Virus record (IMG/VR): IMGVR_UViG_3300024308_000188
Coordinates: 1 to 64,000 of that record
Strand: one strand, 5' to 3'
DNA: 64,000 nucleotides
Below the pieces are notes generated by a model. It made no database searches. It was given only the letters and a program-made list of their open reading frames with translations, and was not told the origin of the DNA. A program made the position numbers and the translations under genes. Below are positions 28,659 to 37,044 of the stretch, piece after piece. Positions within the stretch are counted from its first letter, which is position 1. Each line of letters starts with the position of its first letter.

Positions 28659-30284
28659 TTAGGCAGCATCCAAGAAAGTTTCAGAGAACGAAATAGCGCC
28701 TTTCTTCGGCACGATTGCATTCAAGTGGATACGTTTAGTGTAACGTGTAGGATCTAAATACACATCACAAACTAAATCGCCGTTTGCAATTTGATCGTTC
28801 GGGTTATTAACACGACTGCAAACAACTTCGTACCAATCCAAACCACGATCACGACGAATAGGTGCAAGTAATGCAATCATATCGTCACGAATTTTACGAC
28901 GTAAGAAATCATCGTTAGGTTGGAAAACAGATTGAAGTTGAGCGCGACGAACAATACGGTGTAAGATCGCAAGTAAACGACGAACACCAATGTCTTGTAA
29001 TGGGCCGCCACTCGCATAAAGTGTATCAGCTAACCAAATTACATTTCCGTAACCTTGCTTCTCAATAATAAAGTTGATTTGGTTTTGAGTAAGCATGTTA
29101 CGATCAGCTTGCTTGAACACACTACCAAGTTCTTCAACGCCAGAAAGAATAGCGCGATTCAAACCAGCAGGAGCAAACCAACTACGTGCAATACTATCTG
29201 TTTTTGCGTAAACAGCACCAACTTTACCTGAAGGTGGAACGAAATAAGAACGTGAATTATCTGTGTCCAACATTTTCAGGTAAGGAGTATAAAGTGCGGC
29301 ACTACTGCTATTCAGATTTAAAGTGTTACGTCTGAAGTTAACTAAGTCAGAAGCGTCAGTTAATATCTCAGGCGCATCTAAAACAGCAATACAATCTAAA
29401 CGACGAGCAGCAATGTCGTTGATTGTATGCAGAATAGGAAGATCTGTGTAGCCAGCAGACATCAGAATATCTACAGCAACTTTTTCATGATCTTCATATA
29501 AATTCCAGCCGTTAATTAAATCACCGTTAGTAATTGGCAAACCGTTATCGCCACCAAATAATTGTCCGTTGTTTTGTCCAGAAACTGGATCAAATGGGCC
29601 GCCAATTATTGCGTTTACTAACAGTGGAGAATCATTGGATGCAAAAACAAAATGCTCATGGTTGAATTTTACTTTAACCAATTTACTTCTGTTATTAATA
29701 ACATCCTCGACAAACAACTGAGAACCACTGTCATTCTTTTTATAGAATGTAGTACATGAGAATCTCTCAGCCGGAACAGTAGAAGTAGTTCCTTCGTAAA
29801 TTTCAAAAATGAACTGATGTCCATCAACATCATCTACATCAGGGTACATTACTACGTAAAGATCATCGCCCCACTTTCCTTGGTTATCAGCATAAACCAA
29901 CATGATGTCAGCTTCACCCAATCCAACACTGGTTGGATCTGAAATACCAGCAGAAAGTTTAATTGTGGTAGCAAAGTTTGATACTGTGCGAATTAAAATG
30001 CCAGCATACTTTGAATCACGGGCAACACGAGTAACGTAAAGTGCGTTACTTTCTTCTAAAAAGTGTTCAGCACAATTCAAAGCTTTTGTAAGCTTTGGAT
30101 TATTTTTTCCGAACTTTGTACGCAGGTCGCCTTTATTTCCGACAAAGATTCTTTGTCCTACACGACCGCGATCAGCAGCCGTTACAATGACACCGGTACT
30201 AACGCTTGTTGAAGCGATTTGTTCTGGTATCACGTTCTCGGAAGTATAGACGCCCGCACTCGGATTGTTAGGCGCTAAAGACAT
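28659..30284 (-). CDS. Tail sheath protein
   Basis: SAGVYTSE, YVTRV, RLDCIAVLD, VPPSG, WFAPAGLNR, IGVRRLL, FQPND. Confidence 0.95.
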   Translation of the reverse strand: MSLAPNNPSAGVYTSENVIPEQIASTSVSTGVIVTAADRGRVGQRIFVGNKGDLRTKFGKNNPKLTKALNCAEHFLEESNALYVTRVARDSKYAGILIRTVSNFATTIKLSAGISDPTSVGLGEADIMLVYADNQGKWGDDLYVVMYPDVDDVDGHQFIFEIYEGTTSTVPAERFSCTTFYKKNDSGSQLFVEDVINNRSKLVKVKFNHEHFVFASNDSPLLVNAIIGGPFDPVSGQNNGQLFGGDNGLPITNGDLINGWNLYEDHEKVAVDILMSAGYTDLPILHTINDIAARRLDCIAVLDAPEILTDASDLVNFRRNTLNLNSSSAALYTPYLKMLDTDNSRSYFVPPSGKVGAVYAKTDSIARSWFAPAGLNRAILSGVEELGSVFKQADRNMLTQNQINFIIEKQGYGNVIWLADTLYASGGPLQDIGVRRLLAILHRIVRRAQLQSVFQPNDDFLRRKIRDDMIALLAPIRRDRGLDWYEVVCSRVNNPNDQIANGDLVCDVYLDPTRYTKRIHLNAIVPKKGAISFSETFLDAA

Positions 30285-30345
30285 ACGGGTGACTCCTAAG
30301 TTTTTTGGGATCTATTATAAATTATCTACTATTTGCAACTATAGC

Positions 30346-30729
30346 CTAAGCGAATACAATTTTACAGGCCGTAGGTTCAGTGTAATCACCAACCAATTTT
30401 AACTGCCCTATAAAATTTCCGTTCAGGATAAATTGTTTATCGCACACAGAAAGCAAAACATAATCGTCTACAACAGAACTTCTAAACATTAAACGGAAAC
30501 GATGTGCCGATGTGATTATCAGAACTTTATTTATAGAGTTTATTGGAAGTTCATATTCTTGAGTCTCAGAAACAGCCAACTCAACTTCTTGCAAACGATC
30601 TGCTTCTCCTAAGTGAACACTTGTGTCTCCTGAAATTTTAGTTTCACGAGTCTTAGCCGTTGTTGAAGTAACAACAACGGAAGTTGTTAGTGTACGACCA
30701 ACTTGTCTGTATCTATTAATTCCTGCCAT
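30346..30729 (-). CDS. Hypothetical structural protein
   Basis: Beta-rich 127 aa ORF between the neck and sheath genes. Confidence 0.55.
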   Translation of the reverse strand: MAGINRYRQVGRTLTTSVVVTSTTAKTRETKISGDTSVHLGEADRLQEVELAVSETQEYELPINSINKVLIITSAHRFRLMFRSSVVDDYVLLSVCDKQFILNGNFIGQLKLVGDYTEPTACKIVFA

Positions 30730-31402
30730 GTTGACGTTCCGCCCTTATATTTGTTGTTACAATACCTTCGTTATTAAGTTTAGGAACTTCAACGCTAACG
30801 CCAAATTGTGTCCAAATTGTAAGTGCGTGATTTAAAATAAACCAGTTTGGGTTAGAAGGATCATCTTTTGTCGCAGATTGAATTGGAATAGATGACGCAG
30901 ACTGATCTATAGTTACTGACCATTTGTTTCCATTGACAACCGGAAAGCAAGAAAAACCACCAGACTTAATGGCGATACTTAGTTTTTCGCAAAAAGCAAA
31001 AAACTTTTGAAATTCTCTAAAGCCCACACATAGCTCAATTTGAACATCGGCCCAAAAGTGATAGTTCTTTTCAACAAGAGAATTACTAAGATCTCCTGTT
31101 TCTTCCCCACTTATATTGTAACCAGAGCCAAATCTCGCAATACCTTTTGCGTTGTGTGCGCCTTCTCTTAACCCAAGATTAGTTATTTTTAAATAACAAT
31201 AGGGATCAGGAAGTTTTGATTCTATGTTGTTGGCAATGCCATGAACTTTTTTCAACGCACCTTTCCAATCGTCATCTAAAACTAATGGAACATGCTCGAA
31301 TTTAAAAATTTGAATTAGTTTTTGGGCGAAAGCAGATACACCAACTAATGTTCCGCTATAACCATCAAGATCTTCATCTGCAATTTGTACGTAACCAGTC
31401 AT
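30716..31402 (-). CDS. Putative neck/tail completion protein
   Basis: Assigned by position between capsid and sheath genes only. Confidence 0.45.
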   Translation of the reverse strand: MTGYVQIADEDLDGYSGTLVGVSAFAQKLIQIFKFEHVPLVLDDDWKGALKKVHGIANNIESKLPDPYCYLKITNLGLREGAHNAKGIARFGSGYNISGEETGDLSNSLVEKNYHFWADVQIELCVGFREFQKFFAFCEKLSIAIKSGGFSCFPVVNGNKWSVTIDQSASSIPIQSATKDDPSNPNWFILNHALTIWTQFGVSVEVPKLNNEGIVTTNIRAERQHGRN

Positions 31403-31423
31403 TGTGAATCCACCTTAGAAATG

Positions 31424-31457
31424 AGAAAACCCGTACCAAGTTGCCTCGATACGGGTT
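31424..31457 (-). terminator. Intrinsic terminator of the capsid operon
   Basis: Minus strand AACCCGTATCGAG-GCAA-CTTGGTACGGGTT-TTCT. Confidence 0.8.
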
Positions 31458-31628
31458 CCTGTGCGTCACGATTACTTTACTAAGCTACTTCATAGAAAAG
31501 TGAGAGGTTTTCTATGGCCTAGCAAATCAGCTAACACCTGCACCCTCAATCGAAGATTAGGCTAATTGAATGGCTGGAGAGCAATTGCCACATGGCGAAC
31601 ATTCAAAGTTAGCTTGTAACCTAATTTC
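31458..31628 (-). ncRNA. Candidate structured RNA in the 3' UTR of the major capsid gene
   Basis: Complementary pairs 31556-64/31617-25, 31566-72/31600-06, 31529-35/31608-14 and 31491-99/31508-16. Confidence 0.35.
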
Positions 31629-32723
31629 TTACAGCTTTTGCATTTTAACTACAGAGCGAGTATTTGGAATTATCAGAGACATAACCTCTGACAGTAACCA
31701 GCCCTTAGTTGTATCGCCTTGGTTTGCACCATCGGTCGGAGTAGATTCAATGCCACCGCGAGAACCTAAAGTTGCGTGATATTCATTATCAGCAACAATG
31801 TACGCTTCACCGCGAGACAGAACACGTTGGTTTTCAGGACGGAAACCGTCAGTAGTTAATTCCAGACCGAAGATAGTTGCAACACGGCCAGTCATAACTA
31901 ATTCGTACTGAGATACTGGAGTCAGTGTATTGGCCCAGGCACCTTCAGATTGAATATCTTCCCAAAAACTGTTTGCGATAACAGCGCGACTTACTGGTAA
32001 GTTCCAATCACGAATTTGTGTTGAAGCACGAGCGATAACGGCAGGAGTAAATGCACCAGCGAAAGCAGCTAAAGTATTTGCTTTACCTACAGTTGCATCA
32101 GCAGCACGTTTCCACACGCGGTCAGCAGCAGTGATCATACCTTCAACAGCATCGTTGTAAGCGTGGTCTAACAGATCGTGAGTCGCTTGACCCAAATCCA
32201 GTTTGTTCACGCGAACAGCAGCTTTCAATTCAAACTCTGGTGGCGTGAAATATTTATCACGCATCATTTGGTAAGAAATTGAAGTTGGGCCAGTAGCTAA
32301 AACGGCTTTAGCTTGATGGCGAGGCATTGGAACTTTTTGAGTTTCACCTTGCTTCAGGTTATTGATCACACACAGATTGCGTGAAAAACCTTGACGACTT
32401 GCTTGTTCACGAACGTCAGCAGCAATGTGAGCACCTAAAGCAGCCCACTTATTAGGACATGCTTTTGCGGCAACTAAAATATCACGTTTCTGCTCGGCAG
32501 ATAATGACAGGAAAGAATCAGGCGTTGCAGCTTGAACAACAGTACCGCTTGATACTGATTGTAAAAGTTGGCCAATTTGTTTTAACAGATCTGCATTGCT
32601 TGATGCGTTAATTTCACCGTTAGATGAAAGTGCAGCCATACCTTGTCCGGCAAAACGAAGATCGTGCAAAGGTGCGCCGTTCTTCAGTTGATAAGAAGCG
32701 CCGACTTGTAAATTGGTTTTCAT
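31629..32723 (-). CDS. Major capsid protein
   Basis: ATG at 32723 after GGAG. GEINASSxxDL N-terminus and the ELVMTGRVATIFG...GF, GGIESTP and GWLLSE motifs recall this jumbo-phage group. Lies downstream of the scaffold gene and is followed by a strong terminator. Confidence 0.85.
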   Translation of the reverse strand: MKTNLQVGASYQLKNGAPLHDLRFAGQGMAALSSNGEINASSNADLLKQIGQLLQSVSSGTVVQAATPDSFLSLSAEQKRDILVAAKACPNKWAALGAHIAADVREQASRQGFSRNLCVINNLKQGETQKVPMPRHQAKAVLATGPTSISYQMMRDKYFTPPEFELKAAVRVNKLDLGQATHDLLDHAYNDAVEGMITAADRVWKRAADATVGKANTLAAFAGAFTPAVIARASTQIRDWNLPVSRAVIANSFWEDIQSEGAWANTLTPVSQYELVMTGRVATIFGLELTTDGFRPENQRVLSRGEAYIVADNEYHATLGSRGGIESTPTDGANQGDTTKGWLLSEVMSLIIPNTRSVVKMQKL

Positions 32724-32770
32724 ACTGTATTTCTCCACAAAAATTTGATTCAAGTTTTAATCAGTAACTA

Positions 32771-33472
32771 TTAGTTACCAACTTCAACTGTCAGGAAAGG
32801 TGAACCAGCGTTCGGCACTTGTACAACTTTAACATTCGTTAATTCTGTACCATTACCTGAAGCACGTAACATACCGCCAGCGCCCATCTTCGGATGGATA
32901 ACACCAGTCCAGTCGTCAGAAGCAAAGAACAAGTTTGTAGAGATTGTGCCTTCGATTACAGCACCAACTACACCCATAACAGAAGCCGGACTGTTACCTA
33001 CACCACCGAAGTAATCGCCAGTTTCAGCAACTGCTTCAGAAGCTAACAGTTCATAATGATACTGAATTAATACTGATTCGCCAGCAGCATTACCGTGGAA
33101 CAGTAAAGTGTTGGCTGGAGTCAGAACAACTGAAGTATCAGCAGTTGGTGCAGCTGTGCCAGTTTCAACAGTTAATTTAACGCCAGCAACTTTAACCAGA
33201 ATCTGTGCAGATTGTGGAGTACGATCTAACTGAACAGTCAAATCATCCAGTTCAGCAATTTCAACAACTTTAGTTGAGAAAGTTGTTGGCAGGTTTGTTG
33301 AACAAGCGAAGCCACCAAAAATTTCACCAGAAACGCCAGTTGAAAGACGAGCACGTAACTCACCTTCTTCCTGAACTAAAGCTAAAGTGAAACCTTCTTC
33401 TTTGATACCAACGCCGTCGGCCAGAACGCGGTCAACGGTCTTGAAGAAACGAGTATTTGCATAGTTAAGCAT
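32771..33472 (-). CDS. Capsid accessory/decoration protein
   Basis: Between scaffold and capsid genes. Beta-rich, with the GEIFGGFA motif. Confidence 0.6.
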   Translation of the reverse strand: MLNYANTRFFKTVDRVLADGVGIKEEGFTLALVQEEGELRARLSTGVSGEIFGGFACSTNLPTTFSTKVVEIAELDDLTVQLDRTPQSAQILVKVAGVKLTVETGTAAPTADTSVVLTPANTLLFHGNAAGESVLIQYHYELLASEAVAETGDYFGGVGNSPASVMGVVGAVIEGTISTNLFFASDDWTGVIHPKMGAGGMLRASGNGTELTNVKVVQVPNAGSPFLTVEVGN

Positions 33473-33506
33473 GGTTTATCTCCAGAACTGAAAAATTTCA
33501 AAGCCG

Positions 33507-35840
33507 TTACGAATCTAAAAGACTCAGGTAACGATTTGTTTGTGGTTTGTGAGCAGATTCAGATTGAAGAGTTTGAGGCTTAACCGTGGTTAAGTTAGAC
33601 AAACGATCTTCCACTGTATTACTTTCACTTGTTAAGCCACCGCGATTCACAGAAGCAGAAACTACAAGTTGTGTAATTTCGTCTTGAGTATCTTCTGATT
33701 TTTCCAGAAGTTCACGAGCTTGACCTAAAAGGATTTCGCTGTAACGATCACCGTGTTGAGCAAAAGCATCTGAAACCAATGAGTCAGCGTTACGAACTCC
33801 AGCAGAAGATAATGCACTAATCAGAGCATCAGCAACTGGGTTTCTTACATTTGCAAAAACATGACGGTTAATGCCTAAAGCCGAAGTAGCTAATGCTGAC
33901 ATTAAACGATCCATACGATGTTCCATATCTGCATTTATTTCAGCTTGAACATTTGCAGAGTATGATTGCATTTGTGTCTCGACTTCACGAACACGGCTTT
34001 CGCTGCGTTTAATGATTTCGTTAGACACAACAGCATCAACATCAAGGTCTGGACTGATACGTTCAAAGTTAAATTCAGCTAATGCACTTTCAATGCCTTC
34101 AGCTTTCGCATGAGCCATGATAGCGGAACCGAATTTAGCGCTTTCAAAAATATCTTTCAGTGCAGCTTTATCAGCGACACTTGACTCAGACGCCATAGCT
34201 ACAGGAAGTTTTCCATAGAATGCTGTCCAAGTTGATTGACCTTCAATTTTACCGCAGTGAGCAACATGGAATTTATCAACAGATAAATCTTCCGTTGCAG
34301 AAATTGCAGATAACAAATCGACGTCGAATTCCATTACAGGAGATTCAGAACTTTCTGATTCTAAATCCAGACCTTCGATGTCACCGTAGTCACCTTCGTC
34401 ATCTAATTCAGTATCTTCGATTTCTTCTTCAGATTCTTCTTCAGATTCATCCATTTCAATGGACTCTTCTTCAGTTTCGTCATCTTCCATTTCTTCATCT
34501 TCTGATTCGGCCAGAAGTGCGGCAATGTCGGAATCCAATTCAATGTCATCAGAACTTTCTGATTCCATATCGTCTGAATCTAAAGCAGACATTTCTTGAT
34601 CAAGAGCATCTAAATCATACTCTTCATCTTCGTCAGCACTTACAGATTCAAACTCGTCGTTTTCATCATAAGATTCTGATTCAAGAATGTCATCGCTTGA
34701 TAAATCTTCTTCAGCATCTGGATCTAAATCTTCATCCAGATCGCTGTCAGAACTTTCAGATTCCAGTTCTTCTTCGAATTCTAAATCAGAGGCAAGATCT
34801 GCTTCGAGGTCGTCATAATTAACTTCCTCCATTTCTTCCTCTTCTTCGGTTTCTTCTTCGTCACCTGATTCAGCAAGTAACGCAGCGATTTCAGCATCTA
34901 ACTCTTCGTCAGCGCTTTCGCTTGAGATACCTAATTCGTTTTCCAGTTCTTCGATTTCAGCCGACAGTGCTTCCAGTTCTTCATCTTCAGAATCATCTTC
35001 TGAGTGTGAATGGAAATCAGCCGGATCTAACAAACCGCTGGCACAACGAGGACAGTTCAATACAGAACTTGAGGTACTGATTACGTGTGCGCCACAACCG
35101 TCAACATCTGAACAAATATAATGTTCAGCTTCTACGTTGTCGCTACCGTCAGAACTTTCACTCTGCATAGTAATTTCAGAGGCTTCAGCTTCTTCGATGT
35201 CTGGCGATCCGGTTAATGGATCATAATCAAATGAATCACTGGCATGAGTTACAAAAACCGAATGGCCTGAAGTAATAACACGTTGACTTTGATTTGAAGC
35301 TACGGCACGGAAGTTTTCAAGTGCTTCATCTAAGTTATCACCTGAAACTACAATCATGCCTTCAGAAGCTTCAGCTTCTAAATCTTCGTATTCAACATCA
35401 TCCATTTCTTCTTCAGTTTCTTCTTCCGGTTCTTCATCTTCCATCGATACCAGATCTTCATCATCTGATAAATCGACTCCTTCATCTTCTTCAGGCATAG
35501 CGCTTGAACATGAAGGACAGAAAGTGACAGGGCAGTCAGCAACAACATGCTCACCGCAACCATCAGAACATACGCCGTAGAAAACATCTACGGCTCCAGT
35601 ACGAGCGCTGGCTTCAGCAGAAAATTCACCATTGTCCAAAGCATCAAGATCAAAATCTCCTGTGTCTGGATTATATAAAGATGTTGCTGACGCATGAGTA
35701 TAAAACTCATTTGTACCGTCTGTGAAAGCTTGAAGGCTTTCTCCAGAAGCAACAGCTGTATATTTAGCGATAGCCTCTGCCTCACTTGCGCCATGAACTA
35801 TGATAGCCTGTTTTGAGGCTTTCATTTTTGTCTTGATCAT
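33507..35840 (-). CDS. Prohead scaffold/core protein, highly acidic, with two Zn-ribbon repeats
   Basis: D/E-rich centre, about 20 S/A-x-S motifs, helical C-terminus, upstream of the capsid gene. ATG at 35840 after AGGAG. Confidence 0.75.
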   Translation of the reverse strand: MIKTKMKASKQAIIVHGASEAEAIAKYTAVASGESLQAFTDGTNEFYTHASATSLYNPDTGDFDLDALDNGEFSAEASARTGAVDVFYGVCSDGCGEHVVADCPVTFCPSCSSAMPEEDEGVDLSDDEDLVSMEDEEPEEETEEEMDDVEYEDLEAEASEGMIVVSGDNLDEALENFRAVASNQSQRVITSGHSVFVTHASDSFDYDPLTGSPDIEEAEASEITMQSESSDGSDNVEAEHYICSDVDGCGAHVISTSSSVLNCPRCASGLLDPADFHSHSEDDSEDEELEALSAEIEELENELGISSESADEELDAEIAALLAESGDEEETEEEEEMEEVNYDDLEADLASDLEFEEELESESSDSDLDEDLDPDAEEDLSSDDILESESYDENDEFESVSADEDEEYDLDALDQEMSALDSDDMESESSDDIELDSDIAALLAESEDEEMEDDETEEESIEMDESEEESEEEIEDTELDDEGDYGDIEGLDLESESSESPVMEFDVDLLSAISATEDLSVDKFHVAHCGKIEGQSTWTAFYGKLPVAMASESSVADKAALKDIFESAKFGSAIMAHAKAEGIESALAEFNFERISPDLDVDAVVSNEIIKRSESRVREVETQMQSYSANVQAEINADMEHRMDRLMSALATSALGINRHVFANVRNPVADALISALSSAGVRNADSLVSDAFAQHGDRYSEILLGQARELLEKSEDTQDEITQLVVSASVNRGGLTSESNTVEDRLSNLTTVKPQTLQSESAHKPQTNRYLSLLDS

Positions 35841-35918
35841 CGTGTGGCTCCTGTTAAAGTTCATATACAGAGTGTCATTCCGTATACCATTAAATTAAGT
35901 TTTACAACTAAGAACAGC

Positions 35919-35964
35919 ACGAAAATCGACAAAAAATAGAAAATAAATTTAAGTCGATTTTCGT
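35919..35964. repeat. 12-bp perfect inverted repeat with 22-nt AT-rich spacer
   Basis: acgaaaatcgac (35919-30) and gtcgattttcgt (35953-64). Confidence 0.85.
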
Positions 35965-35968
35965 TGGT

Positions 35969-37012
35969 TTAAGACAATTGCTTCATAATTGCTCTAAGCT
36001 TTTTATGTCCAGGTTTGCCAATATTGACGTATCTTCTATTCATTCCTGTAGTGTAAGCTAAAATACCTAAGCTTGACATTAAAGTTTTAGCTGCTTTTGC
36101 TTTTGCTTCTTCACCAAAATTTACTTGAATGTTTCCGTGACCATCATCTTTAGCCTTCATAAATAAAGCAAGCGTTTTTTTATTTGCTTCATCTAATTTT
36201 GGTTTTTTAGCCATTTCAGATCTTATAGATTTCAGGTCTTTCAGGTAGTAGTTAAGTTCAATACTGTCACCTAAATGTTTGCTTTTGTTTTCAGGTGAAG
36301 TTAAAACATCGTACATCTTTTGCATTTTAGCTATAGCAGCATCAACAGCAGCTAAAGTTTCTTTTGTTGGAATACCTTCGGACTCAAGTTTTTTGTCCAA
36401 GGCTTTCCATACTTTGATTGCGTCATTAACAGGATCTTTTGTTGGAACATAAAGTTCACTTACTTTAGATACTTTAACCGGAGTATTGTCTCCAATATCA
36501 TGTTTGGTTTCTTTTGTATCAGGCTTACCATTATTAGATTGGCTCTCAGACTTAACAAGAGAAAGTAATTTTCTTCCGCTTAAACGTGGGCCAACATACT
36601 GACGAGTAACCTTACCGCCGTCTTTATGGAAAAGCCACCAACCTGGAGCCATCATTCCAGGAGCACGTTTTTTAACGCCCATCTTTGTAGAGGCTGCATT
36701 ATTTTTTGCACCAGGTGCTTTAGCTGCCGCTTCTGCTTGCAATTCATCTTCAGGTTCAGAGTAAGCTTCTGTACTTACATTGAAATCTTCCGATTTAGAA
36801 ACCATTTTATTGCTAAACATTTTCACATTCATAGATGGTGAAAATTTAGTTTCGTCTTTGAAACGGGCTAAAGCAAAATCGCCTTGTCTTGTTTTGAAAA
36901 CATAACGTCCTGATTCCGCAAAAACTAAACGGCCTTTAGCTTGTTCCAAAACATACTGAACACTGTTCGGCACGGCTGGCTTCTTTGCCGAAACGCTCAA
37001 CGAGATAATCAT
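35969..37012 (-). CDS. Basic putative head protein with S-x-S leader, paralog of the 37045-38745 N-domain
   Basis: MII-SLSVS-AKK, then PNSVQY...GRY...APGA...GWW...RLSGRKLLSL. Confidence 0.7.
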   Translation of the reverse strand: MIISLSVSAKKPAVPNSVQYVLEQAKGRLVFAESGRYVFKTRQGDFALARFKDETKFSPSMNVKMFSNKMVSKSEDFNVSTEAYSEPEDELQAEAAAKAPGAKNNAASTKMGVKKRAPGMMAPGWWLFHKDGGKVTRQYVGPRLSGRKLLSLVKSESQSNNGKPDTKETKHDIGDNTPVKVSKVSELYVPTKDPVNDAIKVWKALDKKLESEGIPTKETLAAVDAAIAKMQKMYDVLTSPENKSKHLGDSIELNYYLKDLKSIRSEMAKKPKLDEANKKTLALFMKAKDDGHGNIQVNFGEEAKAKAAKTLMSSLGILAYTTGMNRRYVNIGKPGHKKLRAIMKQLS

Positions 37013-37023
37013 TGTTTTTCCTT

Positions 37024-37041
37024 AATGGGCCGAAGCCCATT
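37024..37041 (-). terminator. cUUCGg hairpin between the two paralogs
   Basis: aatgggccgaagcccatt. Confidence 0.6.
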
Positions 37042-37044
37042 TTA

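Noticed and set aside
31458-31628. tRNA or tmRNA
   Set aside because: No T-loop GTTCRA in a cloverleaf context and no acceptor stem or CCA end. Kept only as an unknown structured RNA candidate.
34300-35480. Tandem DNA repeat or CRISPR-like array in the tcttc/tcatc-rich region
   Set aside because: The low complexity comes from Asp/Glu/Ser codons of the scaffold. There is no fixed repeat-spacer periodicity.
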